A DNA stretch of 64,000 nucleotides from Salisapilia sapeloensis CBS 127946 (GCA_023334545.1 JAADVB010000026.1:1-64000), one strand, 5' to 3'. Shown: positions 11,660 to 24,348, counted from the stretch's first letter. Numbers and translations: made by a program. The notes: generated by a model not told the origin, from the letters alone.

Positions 11660-12610
11660 GGCCATGTTATTCCAGCAGGTAGCCGGGTATTGTGCAAGGC
11701 ATAATAGGCAATATGAAAATAAACATGGATAAATTGTAGTAGGAATCAATGACTACGTCTTTGGTGGTGCATCCTGTGCTTACATCGCTATCCATCTTTC
11801 CAGTCCTATCTACGTTTATCGTCCGTCCTTCTGCCATGTCTTGGCGGGGAATGGTGTCGAGCGTATCCTCAGAAGCCCTTCAGGTTGAAGTTGCATTCGA
11901 TTTACTTGCAACAGTGAGCTCTTCGCCAATGTAGTGGGACATATTACAGTGCGAGTCACAAATATCAATAACCTATTTCGTCTACCACTGTAGTACACCT
12001 GTTCCGAAATAATAGCGAAGAGCTCAATAGCGCAAGTAAAGCGAAAAGCTCACCAAGTCTTTCGCGCGCTTTTTCAAATTTGCACATGTCGAACACCAGG
12101 CCTGACTTGAAGTCTTCTCAAAGATGGTTTCCTCCTGATTGCATCGAAGACGAAGACAGTGATAGACCAAAAGAAGCAAGGCCGTGTTTGTTGCGTGGAC
12201 AATCGGGGATTATGCGAGGCGAAATATGCAATATGAGAATGAGCACGTGCGAACTGTGATCGGTATTGTGCCTCTTATATCGACTTGATCGAAATCGACG
12301 AAAAAGGTAGATAATGTCGAGGGATAAATCAATTCAGATCTATATTGCTCCGTGACGTCATCTATATCTTGCAGCTTTCACACAACTCACGCCACAGCGA
12401 GTATCGCAATGGAAACCTCAATTACAACATAGGATGGAGCTCGAGAGGCGAGATGTATCAACAGTATAAAGTGGTGCATCCATAACCACCATTCATCATT
12501 TCACATCTTGTTCTTCTTTTCAGGACAATCGAATCGGGAAATTCCGCGTTCGGTGAGAATTGTCGATTGTGCTTTGCCACTCGCCATCGGAAATCCAACG
12601 TAATACTTCA
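11660..12610 (+). repeat. Decayed dispersed repeat or pseudogene, copy A (homologous to 59150-60120 on the minus strand)
   Basis: Collinear similarity to the reverse complement of 59150-60120, including exact blocks 12004-12045 = rc(59745-59786) and 12406-12424 = rc(59365-59383). Stops and frameshifts break the shared frame. Boundaries are approximate. Confidence 0.85.
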
Positions 12611-13348
12611 ATATGACTTTCCCGACAAACCAAGGGTGTAAAAGCAATTCCTAATTATGCTGAAACGATATTCAACGCAAACACCACTCGACTTTTTTAC
12701 ATAGTTAAGCAAAATAGGAATGAACGATTGAGACCGTCTTGAGACTTGGCAAGGCGATCGATGGAAATGTAGGCGACTGCTCTATCTTTAGATTTTTCCG
12801 TCAACAGACTGATATCACGAATACTGTAGCAAGTATTAAACTTGAGGGCAAGGATATCACGTATATGCACTGAAAACACCGCCACATTTCGATAGAACTA
12901 TCCTACAGCACACTTCAAGTTGCCGTCCTTCAAATACACTTCAATGAACTTACCACTTTAAATTCATTTGAACGTAAATAACAACCAATGTTTTTAGGAA
13001 TACATTCATACTTAATCGACATTACATCTGTCTTGATCTACCCGGTGTAGTCGTTCAACCCAGTATCCTAAAGCTCCTAAAGCTCCTCATCGTAAAACCA
13101 TTTGTATTGAAGTAGTTACGAACCTCTTGTTAAGCTGAAATCCTATCATCAGCTGAAACTCAATTTGACAGCCGAGCGAGCACTGTCAAGCGGACGAGGA
13201 GCTACTTCCCTCTCCCCTCTGCAACCAGTGTCTACTTAAGTCACAGTACCTCGGTCCTTTCATACCCAAGAACTTGTCCTTCTTAGCAATATACTTTTCA
13301 TACCAATTGCTTTACAAAACACAAGCAAAGTGATCTTGACGCACCACG

Positions 13349-16300
13349 ATGGCAGATACGGTACATCGTACGTCCATGTCAGGCGCAAGTCCAAGTGCTG
13401 CATCAGGTCCAGAGAACCCATACGAAAAGCTGTCAAGGGAAGTGCATAAGATGCATAGCACAGGTGCTATTCATCAAGAATGGTTGGAGAATCCCAAGGG
13501 ATTTCTTCTCAAACCGGACTTTAAACGCAAAGCACAGCACGTTGGTGCTGGAGGTAAGAAGCTGAATGTCTCTAGAGGTCTACGACTGCATCTAGGAAGT
13601 ACCTACCGAGCTCGTTGGTTTGCTCTCGACGGTCTCGTGCTTCGATACTTTAAAAACCAAAGTGAAGACCAAGAATTAGGCGCTATCCACCTCACGTCAG
13701 TAAATGCCGTACTACCTTCCAGTGTTGCCGATGCGCCAGAGTTTGCTTTAGACCTGGTACCTTAGTATTCGCGTGTATAAGATCTAGAAAGGAGATTAAC
13801 ATCGACCTAGGTGTGTGCCGATCGCATCTACACGGTCGCAGGGAACAATCGAGAGGACATGGTACGTTGGGCTACTGTCCTCACCCTCGTTTTACGTGGT
13901 GAGTACAAACCAAAGCTCATGAAGCGCCCCGAGTCGACTGTCATTCGAGGCAGTTCGCAGATCCCTCGTGCAAGTGCACGCAAGTCGAATCGTCAGACCA
14001 CTTCTCGATTCACAGATGCTCCTCGTATGACCACAGGCTTTTATAACGATGATAACAGTAGCGACGGCAAGTCGAACGATGAGGACGTGAAGGAAAAAGT
14101 CGTGACAGTCGTATTTGACCAACCAGGGCCCTTGTACATGTCGTTTAAACAGACTGTCGATGATGAGATCGTGATCAGTGGCTTCGATGAGCCGCCGTCA
14201 GATGAAGAGAACGGATCCGTGTCGTCCAGTCCATCAAGTGTCCTGAACGTCGGAGACATTTTACTCGCGATTAACGACTACTACTTGAATTCGTACATTA
14301 GTTTCTCCGAAACGATCGACATGTTAAAGAACGCAAATCGTCCTCTTACACTACGCTTCTTACGTGTAGAAGCGCTGTCCTCTTCTTCTTCCCAACCTTC
14401 CCATCGAGTCGCAGAAGGATGGGTGCTTGCGAAAGAACCAAACGTTCGGCGCTATCGTGTTCGTCTGCTGCAACTCAAAGACGATCGACTCAAGCTATAC
14501 AAGCCCAGTCGGGATGGAGAGAGACTCCCAAAGCCTTGCATGGCACTACGCATCGAAGGCGTGACGGACATTCGACCAGTGCATGACGAACGAGGCATCG
14601 CAGCAGCTGCGAATCAATTCTATCCAAAGCAATGGGGTCTCACGTTAGAAAGCTCTCGCAATATGTTCACTTTCTTTGCACAGAGTGAACTGGAGATGCA
14701 GCAATGGGTTGACGTCCTCAAGAACTCTCCTCACTTTTCTCCCCACACGCAATTCACATCGAATGGAGTACCATCATATCGATCTTCCATCCCTGTCTAC
14801 CCCGTCGCACACGTCGGTGTGATGAAAGAATTGGAACCAGAAGTCCTGTTGGAAGATGATTTAGGCAAATTAGGAGACTTAGTACCGACGTTTGCCGTCT
14901 ATCATTTCATCCTCTCAGCAGATGGGAAGCTCTCGTACTATCCTACTCGAGAAGCAGCAGAGAAGAGACAGCAGGCTATCGGACAAGTACGCTGCGATTG
15001 TATCTACAACATCGTCGTGAGTCCACAGCCAGAACGCGGGAAAGCACATAATTCCAGCACGGATAATGTCCTGGAAGTCGGGACAATCACGACGGACGGT
15101 AGTGACTTGCGTGCCGAGACGATGCTATGGCGACTTGAAATGGGCGTCGTCGTCTCTGGCGTCGGACACAAGTATAAACGCACGATGGTTCTGTGCTTTA
15201 CCAGTCGCGAACAAATGCTACGATGGGGTAGTACGCTCGGTCGAGAGGCGAAACGTCTCACAGGACAGGACTATGACCTATCAACGAAAGGCAAACGTCG
15301 TAATCGCGGTGCTTCCAAAGCGATGAAACAGCCGAGCGGTCCGAATACCAGTCGCGGACCTTTTTCCAAACTCATGACGAATCCACAAAAGTACGTCGAC
15401 CCGAACGTCTCGTCTTCCACGACACTCGGTCGTAGTCTCAAGGAAGTGATGCAAAAGACGGCGACGAAAGGATGGTTCTTCGTTCGACAACCGAATGGCG
15501 TCGGGTTAGAAGCATATCATCCTCGTTTCCTCATTCTCCATAAGCATGAACTCTTCTTCTTTAAGTATGAAGTACTGGAAGATCTACCTGATGCACTTGC
15601 CTTTGCATCTACGTCACTTGATCTACGAGATGTCAAGGACGTGAGTGAGTCACCTGCAGGCTTCCAAGAGAACCTCGAGTTCACGATCCAATTAACGACG
15701 ACCAACGACGTCGTCTGGATGCTTGTCGCCGAGACATTTGCGCAGAAAGAGACGTGGCTAGCGACGCTCGTGTGGATTAGTGACTTTTACATGGGTGGAG
15801 AGACGGATGCATCGACGCTATCCTCCATCTCGATGGATAGCAAGCCGTCCATGGCGAAATTCAACAACCAAATGGCTGTCATTCGAGAATCGGATGAAGA
15901 ACGACCGAGTCGAAAGAGTAGTTCCTTCGTAGATGCTACTGCAGAAGCTTCTTCTCCTGCCCCGACACCTTCCTATCCTTCTCGTAATACTTATGAAAGT
16001 AGTCAACAAGATGATACGACCCAAGTGCGTGGTCAATTGCGTATCGGAGGTAAAGTCGTGTTTGCCGTCATCCGCAATGGCGTCTTCAGCTACTATGACA
16101 AGAAAGAGGACTTTGATAGCCAATGGGGAGATGCGATCAATGCCTTTAGTCTCACGCGAGTCGAAGACGTCCATTCTGATGGCGTCAGTAGCTCTAGCTT
16201 TGCTCTAAAAGTCTCACAGGATCGAGAGACACAAGTCGTAGCTGAAAGTAATACGATTGCAAAGCAATGGATGCTCGTCATCTGCTCTTGCGCTGGTCTG

Positions 16301-17875
16301 ATCTTGCAAAAGACAGGAGATGGAAATGCTTGGGCAAGTACGAAACCAAAGGAAGCTTGGGTTTGGAAACTCGATCGACTCTATCAAGTCTTCCGTCGTC
16401 GTTTCGTTTCGTTACGAAATCATGAACTCGTCTATATGACTGTACCTGATGGACGTTCCTTAGGCACGATCTCCCTCCCGACAATCTTCCATGTCTCTTT
16501 ATCCAAAGTCTGTTCACGTGGGAAAGAAACGGCAGATTTCTATCAACTTGAAATCAACTTTTCTGTCTCGACACCTGCATCCGATGATACGAGTCAACGA
16601 GAGAATGGGAGTGGCATAGACTCCTTCCTCCTAGCTTTCGATTCACATGACGCACTTCACGACTGGGCTCGAGATATCTACGACTGCTGCACCAACTCGA
16701 TGGCACTGCAGAAACACGCAGAGCTAGCGCCTCTAGGTGACATCCAGACGCTACCCCGAGAGCTACTTAAAGTAGCCGACTTTGACCTCGAGCGAGATCC
16801 TTTGAATGAAAATGCAGTAGTCGAGTCGCCACCTTCCAATGAGCTCGCGGCGGACGGATGGTTGTTCTACCGCACATCTGGAGACGAACGACTGCGATTG
16901 AGATACTTTATGCTCTGGGGCTTTGAGCTGTCGATCTACAAGCATCAGGTGCTACCGGATGAAACGAATGCGATTCGGTATGGTGTCATTGACTGCCGAG
17001 CGCTGTCGGACGTCCGCTTTGCATCCGGATGTAGCTCCCCTGAGAACGCAGTCAACCTCGTGCTCGGGTCTGGGATTAGTGTGACGATCGTGCCGCGCAC
17101 AGATGTCGAGGCCGTGCGATGGCGTGATGCACTTGCTGCCGTCCAGCGTGTGTACGGCATCGATGATGACGGAGAATTGGGTGAAGAACAGCTACAAATT
17201 GTCGGCTCTGGTCTCTACGTCAGTCGCGGAAGCACATTCGATACGCACAAGGACAACGAAGAGCTACTTCGACAGCAGATCGAAGCGTCTGTCCTGTACT
17301 CTGCGAATCTACAGGATTGGGACGATGCCAAATGGATCCCAAAGTACTTTGTCCTGACACCATCTCGTGTCCTCGTGCTCTCTCTAGCTGTCCACTTGTA
17401 CGACGAAGAACCAGATCTACTAGGTTCCTTCCCGACGAGAGATATCCTCGAAGTCCGTTCTTGTAATGAAGCAGAGCAGAAAGAAGTAGGATTGAAAAGC
17501 GGCGCAGCAGCGTGCGTTGTATCAATTAAAGAACCAAAGGACGTATCGTCCAACTGGATTAGTGGTGCACCTGTGGCCATTCATGGACGAGTCTACTTAC
17601 ATGCGGACTCGACTGATGGATGCTATGAGTGGATGCGAATGATATGCGCTGCGAATGGCAAGTTGGAATTGAAAAAGAATGCTGCAACGGGACAATGGGG
17701 TAGTGTCAATCGTATCGCAACGATGGCGAGTCACCAGAGCTTCCATGCGTCTGCTCCACTCTCATCCAATCGTGCACCAGTGCTTAACACATCTTCCATT
17801 GCTCCGTCTTCTTCTCCCACAAGCGACCGACCTCGACGTGCTTCACGACATGACGCAGCCAAGAGGTATCTCTAG
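13349..17875 (+). CDS. Multi-PH-domain (about 8) plus PDZ scaffold protein, 2 exons
   Basis: Intron at about 13757-13810 joins ALDL|VCADRIY. Repeated G(W/F)L.K..R.F.L....L.Y(Y/F)K ... W...L PH signatures; PDZ-like GPLYMSF..VGDILLAIN..LKNANRPLTLRF. Confidence 0.85.
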
Positions 17876-18108
17876 TACATTTCCTACTATACGCATTTGA
17901 ATTAACGATATTCATTACGAACAGACGTACGTCGGAACTGATTAAGAATCGCAAGATGAATGCTCGGTAGAGACCGACGTAGGTATCAATCAGACAGACT
18001 TTGTAATTCCACAAAACTGCGTGCTTTCCAATTTTCCAAGAAATTCCAATGACAATGAAAACAATATATCGCACCCGACGCCTCTTGTCTACAGCATCCA
18101 CCTGGCAA

Positions 18109-20973
18109 CTACTTTCGATCGCCTTCCTCTGGTTCATAAGACGCCGCAATAGGCTGAAACTCGACACGATCAATCGCCCAACCACCCCAACTGCTATTCC
18201 GTCGTTCCTCCGACGCTTTCTTGATCTCACGTACATCCGCTGGTGTGAACTCAAGCAGCTTGGAGATCACTGGCACCAGCCTCCCTTGCTCGCTCGAACC
18301 AGGCTTGAATGACACGAACTGCACCACGACGTTCTTCAGATACTCCAAGTTCACCCCATCTCGTCGCTGTGATCGCATCACTTCCTGTAGCTGCTGGTCG
18401 TACTTGTGCTTTTCCGCCTCGAGTTCCTTAATCTTCCGTCGTGCAGCCTCCACTTGCTGTGACAGTGTCTGCAGCTGCACCGCCTTATTCCTTGAATCCG
18501 CTTCACGCTTCGCCTGTAGCTGGGCAAACTCGAGAATCTTCCGATTGTCCGCTCCACCAGACCGAACATCTTCCTCCAACTCCACCAGCCGGCTCCGTAG
18601 CTGTTGAATCTCTTCGTCCTTCTCCTGCACCGCCTGTCTCGCCATCTTCGATCGGTTCTTACCGTCCGCTTCAATCCGCTGTCTCTGTCGTTCAAACGCT
18701 TCGCGTTCACTTTCGACGGCAGCACGAACTTGACTCTCCGTCTCTTTGCGTGCATCTAGCACCAACTGTCTCTGCGCCTCCACTTCCTTTTGCAAGCGCG
18801 TCATCTCGGCCGACGCGTCCTCCTTGACTTTCTTCGCACGTTCCATCTCCATACTCATGCTTTTTACTTTATCCTGCGCCTCATGCATCTGCTCTCGACA
18901 CTTTTCTGCATCTCGATGCGCACTTTCAATCAAAGCAGCTTGCTCTGCCTGTTTCCCTGCGATACCCATGTTTTCATTCTGCAGACGCGTTGCCCATGCA
19001 ACGCGATCGGATAGAGACTTCTTGGTATCAGCTAGCTCCTTTGTCGTCTCCTTGAGCTCTGACTCGAGGCGACTCGTCGTTTGTTCCAAGTCTTGTACTT
19101 GTTTCTCCAAGCTGTTAGCCTTGTCCTGTTCGTTCTTGAGAGAAGCCTTGACAGTCGTGAGCTGACCTAACGCATCATCCTTTTCCAAACGCACACGCTC
19201 CGTCTCGGCATCTTTCTCTGTCCGAAGCATCTCAATATCATCTCGATGCTGACCGTGCAACTGTTCAATCTTATCTTCTAATTCCTTACACCTCCTCTCA
19301 CTCTCCTCACTCTTATCTGCATGTGCTTCCATGCCTTTAGAAGCCATCGCGAGATCCTGTGTCATGGATGCTACTTGACGCTCTAACTCCATCGTCTGGT
19401 CCGTTAGAGCCGACTGGGAAGACGACATCTTTTCCACCTGCTTCTCTTTCTCCACTAGCTTCTTCTCTAATTCCTCCTTTGCTTTAAACGCGACTTCAAG
19501 CTCCTCACCAAGTGCCGCAGCTCTCGTCGATGCACTCTCATCTGCGTCACTCAATCTTGATTCGAGAGCTTCCTTGTCGGACGTCAGCTGCTTCACTTGG
19601 TCCTTGTACTCTTCAAGATCGTTCAAGACGCTCGTCAAGTTGTTACCATTCTCTTCCCGTAGGATCGAGAGCTCTTCTTCAAGCGTTTGCTTGGATCTTT
19701 CTAATTTGGACACTTGATTCTTCAAGGCTTCCACCTCTTCCTTCGAAGTGCTCGACTGCAGTTGGTCACGCATTGTAGACAACTCGAATTCTAACTCTTC
19801 TGCCTTGCTCTCTAGTTTGTCACGCTCATCTTGAATCGACTGGAGAGTAGCATCTGAGTCTGTAGCCCCTGCATTTACAACAAGTCTATCGTTTTCAGCC
19901 TTTACATGCTCTAGCTCTTCTTTCAGATGTTTGATTTCATCTTGTAAACTTAAGTCTGTCGCATCATGTGATTCAGCAGCATTCGAATTGTGCTGAACTT
20001 CCTCAAGCTGCTGTTGAAGACGCTCCAACTCTGTCTGTTGTTCCTGCCATTCCATATTCATAAGATCTATTTGAGCTCGTAATGACTCTTTCTCACTCTC
20101 AAGCTGCTTTACTACATCCGACTTGTCATCAGCATCTGCTGATTGCATCGTAGAAGCATCATCGTCGTACGACACGTGTACAAGTTCGTTACCACTTTCA
20201 GGAGAGACAACGCTTTCTTGCTGTTCTAATCTCTGCTTTAAACGCTCAATTTCGGCTTTCGCTTCGCTCAGTTGCATGCTCAAGTCCGTTGAATTCGGTA
20301 TTTGATCAAGTGTCATGGCAGGCTTCTTCGGCGTACTGTCGCCTGTGAGTAAATCGATTTCGTCATACGAATCAAAAGATGGAGGTTGCTCTGACTTGAC
20401 AGTACTGGAATGAAAAGAAGACGAAGCACGATATCCTTCTAGTTCCTCTTGTAGTAACGAAACTTCACGTTCATGCACTTTTTGCTTTGACGCTTCTTGG
20501 TCGGTGTACTGTTGAATTAATTTCTCTTTATCCAGAGGTAATGACGGCTCGTCATCTTCTCCTTCTCCATCAACTTGCTTACGGCAAGAAGTGATGTCAA
20601 GTCCAACGACTTTTTCGAGAAAATCAACCAACACTGGTGCATCGCCAGACTCAGTCAACGACTCTTTCCGCTGCGATTGTACCTTTTGCAGCTGAGTCCG
20701 CATCAGCTTATTCTGTCGCGTCAGCTTCACACTTAATGATACTAGATCATCGTAGCTCATGCGTTCTTGCTGAGCGTTTGCTGACTCATTATTAACCGTA
20801 TTGGCAGTATTCGCACTAGGAACAGCATCCTCCTGTAGCTGTGGCGAAGTTGCAGGCGCTGCTTGTGCTGCAGAAGACGCAGTGCGTAGGAATGTGAGTC
20901 CACTCATCAGTCCGCGGTTGACGCCAGACCTACCGAGCTCCTTCATCTGTTCTAGTCGCTCCTTGCGATTCAT
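18109..20973 (-). CDS. GRIP-domain golgin (long coiled coil)
   Basis: 954-aa E/K/Q-rich coiled-coil ORF ending in NLEYLKNVVVQF..LVPVISKLLEFTPAD, a GRIP signature. Confidence 0.85.
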   Translation of the reverse strand: MNRKERLEQMKELGRSGVNRGLMSGLTFLRTASSAAQAAPATSPQLQEDAVPSANTANTVNNESANAQQERMSYDDLVSLSVKLTRQNKLMRTQLQKVQSQRKESLTESGDAPVLVDFLEKVVGLDITSCRKQVDGEGEDDEPSLPLDKEKLIQQYTDQEASKQKVHEREVSLLQEELEGYRASSSFHSSTVKSEQPPSFDSYDEIDLLTGDSTPKKPAMTLDQIPNSTDLSMQLSEAKAEIERLKQRLEQQESVVSPESGNELVHVSYDDDASTMQSADADDKSDVVKQLESEKESLRAQIDLMNMEWQEQQTELERLQQQLEEVQHNSNAAESHDATDLSLQDEIKHLKEELEHVKAENDRLVVNAGATDSDATLQSIQDERDKLESKAEELEFELSTMRDQLQSSTSKEEVEALKNQVSKLERSKQTLEEELSILREENGNNLTSVLNDLEEYKDQVKQLTSDKEALESRLSDADESASTRAAALGEELEVAFKAKEELEKKLVEKEKQVEKMSSSQSALTDQTMELERQVASMTQDLAMASKGMEAHADKSEESERRCKELEDKIEQLHGQHRDDIEMLRTEKDAETERVRLEKDDALGQLTTVKASLKNEQDKANSLEKQVQDLEQTTSRLESELKETTKELADTKKSLSDRVAWATRLQNENMGIAGKQAEQAALIESAHRDAEKCREQMHEAQDKVKSMSMEMERAKKVKEDASAEMTRLQKEVEAQRQLVLDARKETESQVRAAVESEREAFERQRQRIEADGKNRSKMARQAVQEKDEEIQQLRSRLVELEEDVRSGGADNRKILEFAQLQAKREADSRNKAVQLQTLSQQVEAARRKIKELEAEKHKYDQQLQEVMRSQRRDGVNLEYLKNVVVQFVSFKPGSSEQGRLVPVISKLLEFTPADVREIKKASEERRNSSWGGWAIDRVEFQPIAASYEPEEGDRK

Positions 20974-21172
20974 CGCGACGGAATGGCCGATGGCGGGATA
21001 TCTCCCCTCTACGTAGCAAATGTGCTGTCAAGCGTTGACTATAAATTTGTATGTGAAAGTACGCATATGTCTCCGTCTCAGATATAGAATTAATACCAGA
21101 AAAGTATACATTCGAAAATCATGATTCATGTTTGTACAATAAAAGTTCTTTTCGCGAGAGAACCTACTTGAA

Positions 21173-24119
21173 TTACTTTTCAACTTGAGATATGGTAGGT
21201 CCTTGTTTCGTCGGTCCTGCGTCGCGGGTTTGTGTACGGTTGAAAGTTTCCTCTGTCCCTGAGTCTGCGGTCTCTAATCGAAGAGGTGGCTCATCCTGAA
21301 GTAGACTATGTGTTTGAGGCAGCAATGCCATATTAGCCGCTGCAGCTGCTTCCGAGAAGGCTGAAGATTGACGGGAGTGACCAACAGATGCTGATTCAAG
21401 TCCGGACGACTGATGCATGGAAGTCCGGAGACGAAAGCTACTCCCCATGCTCATTAACTCACGACGCGTATTTCTCCACGCCGTACCACGATGCAACTTA
21501 CCATAAGGTGGAGCATATTGCTTATTAGCATCTTCAAGTGTCGCTTCTCCATCAATGGAACTAAATTGCTCAATACTGTTTCTATAACTTTCGCTCAGAC
21601 TCTCTGAACCTTCATCAGCTGGTCCTGAAACTCCATTTTCGGTTGGCTTGCGATTCTCTTCATCCGCAACGTGACCATTTTCATCTTGACTGCCATTTTG
21701 GTAAAATGCAGCAATTTGGGACATCCGAGGGGGTTCCGACACTAGTTTTACTGAATTTCGATCAACGGGAGGGGATTCACCACGACCTTGTCGAAGACGC
21801 TGTAAATGAGCAATAACGGAGCGTTCTCCATAGCTAGTAGGCGTAACGGGAGCATTTTCGTTATTATCTGTAGCAGGATCCGGCTCAATGTTAAGTTTAG
21901 CTTCGATTCTAGTCATCCGTGTTTGAATTTGTTGCAGGGCATTCAAAATATCGTCCTTCTTATCAAGCGCATCATGAATGGTATGCCATTTCGACTTTTT
22001 TGTGATCGAGGGTGTTGGAGTGGTAGTCGCTGCCTTCGTTGTTCTCATTGTAACCTCTTGAGACTGTCGTAAAGCCACTTCTAGCATCTTCGGATCGTAC
22101 TTTTGCATAATAAATTTCTCAATGATTGAGCGATCCTCCAAGTAACGAAGAGAAATGCTTTCAAATACGTCCCGTGTCAACACGCACAGCTCTGAAAAGG
22201 TAGAAGCTCGAACATTTGCCGTGCGCTTGCAATTCATCAATAGAGAAATTTCACCGAAATAATCACCTTGGCCTAGCGTCTTGAGGACGACTTCTTCCGA
22301 TGAAAATGAGCTCGCGGGTGGAGGATTGTTATTTAGCATTGCATAAGTACCATTTACTTCCCTCGTGACTTCACAAATGCCACTCTGTACAAAATACATA
22401 TCGTCCCCTACTTCACCTCGCACAACAATGTAGTCTCCAGGCATAAAGACTTGAAGCTCTAGTTCCATCACTAGTTCTTGGACTACTTTAGCACTGCACT
22501 GTTTAAATATTGGAGAGCGGTTGATCATATCCATCCGCTGAAATAGCTCTACTTCATAGGCTAAGTTGCGTGAAAGTTCGGGGACAAAGGAGCTGATCTC
22601 GCCGTCCAGTGTTCCGTGTCGCTCCCACATCATTTGATAGTAATCATTCACACGATTTTGAAGTTCCTGCGGTAAACGCATTCGAGTCATGCTTGCAAAA
22701 AGCCATTCCATTTTCTTTTGATGCCGACTTTGGTTCTCGTAGAAATTTGAGATGAGCATTGCAACGTTACCGAAAACTACGGCCATGAGTACAGCACCGA
22801 TAATCATAGCAGATATGCAGAAAATATACTCTGCGTCTGTGTGAAGTTCCAGGTTTTGCCCCATAACCACAAGCAACGCGTCATAATAGGCGACAAAATA
22901 GACATATTTCGCCTCTGAGTAGCTTTTGTGGGCTAAGGTCAGATTGCTTGCGACCAACCCGTACCAGATACAAGCAGCATAATGGTTCGTTCCTAGAAAT
23001 AGTATCACAAGCCGAAAAAGCCGGAAGAGGTTCGCGTGACGTGAATACTGCAACCAACGGCGAACCTCTGGACGAATCTTTACGATCTTGAAAACGCGAA
23101 CAAGGCGAACCAAGCGAAGTAGTCGTGGAGCTCGAAGCACTTTAAGTAGACCAAGAATGCTTAAATTGTTTGCATCTCGAGAGTCGGTCATCATCAGCAC
23201 TAGTTGGTCAAAAGGAATGCATGCCAGTAGGTCGAAAAATAGCCTAAGAATTCACAGTCATGTCAAATTTGTTTAGTTTATAGCTATCAGGCCTAGCATG
23301 AAGTAAAACCAAAGCTAAACATACCATCCTCGCATGTAGACTTTTGCAATTTCTTTCCAGTTCGTAATATATTCATTTTCTCCATTGTGGGTCTCGATGG
23401 GAGTGCGGAATTGAATCAAGATATCAATTCCAAATATAATATTCGTCATCTCATCGACTATATCACCGCTTCCAGTTGCCGTAAATGCTAAGCTATAAGG
23501 AAGAACTAAGGCTTGATATAGGATGAGCAAGAGTGTTGCCTGCATACAGAAACCATGTTCAGTTCATATTCAGCCACCTGGCATCAGTCTTACGTACCAG
23601 CTGCCAAAACTTATATAGTGAGCTGTGAGGATTAACAAGACCTTTGTCGAGCATATTGAGCTCTTTAGTTTCTCCGTCATCATTGCCAATTCGACGAATT
23701 TTGTAGTTTGACAGAACCTTTTCATGACGTTCGATCGCTGCTTGCGCTTCATCAAGCTTTCGATTACCAGACATCGATCGCCGAAGTTTTCTTCGCGTTC
23801 GGAGCGCAGCAAGCACAGTTCCCACCCCACCAGGATTAATATTAATGCCACTGCCATTCTTTCCCTCGTTTTCTTCCTACGGTAGCCATGAGCTCAAGAC
23901 ATGAGTTTTAAATTCCATCATGAACTTACAATCTAATGCAAAACAATATCTTACCGCCCTAACCAATTCATTTATCTCTTCAGGCGTCAAAGGTTTCTGA
24001 GCCACACTCAGTCTATCCGGGGCATACGGCACCACTGGTGTGGGTCGAGCGAAGGCACCCATAAGAGATTTTCTCGTGTTCGCCCTGGTAGCTTCTTTCT
24101 CATTGGTTTTCCTGTCCAT
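21173..24119 (-). CDS. 6-TM cyclic-nucleotide-gated/KCNH-like cation channel, 4 exons
   Basis: Spliced S1-S3 (ATLLLILYQALVLPY; IFGIDILIQFRT; WLFFDLLACIPFD); basic S4 LKVLRAPRLLRLVRLVRVFK; S5, pore, S6; C-linker; CNBD GDYFGEISLLMNCKRTANVRA. Confidence 0.9.
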
Positions 24120-24348
24120 GCGTATGTACAAGCAGCTAAAATTTCACTCAGTGTGTGGGTACCAACGAGGCTCCTCACTACTACCGAAGAGAAGAAACGA
24201 ACAGCCAATTTTAAAGCAACCGATCTATTTAAAGAAATTGATGATGACGAAAATACTTTTAAATACCAACGGTAGTCACCAGACAGTTTGCATCAGTTCC
24301 ATTCCCCCGTTTGCTTCACAAACAATCAAGCAGTTATACGTGTGCACG

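Noticed and set aside
12690-13000. Protein-like minus-strand fragment (EVYLKDGNLKC..VAVFSVHIRDIL)
   Set aside because: Interrupted by stops; no family recognised.
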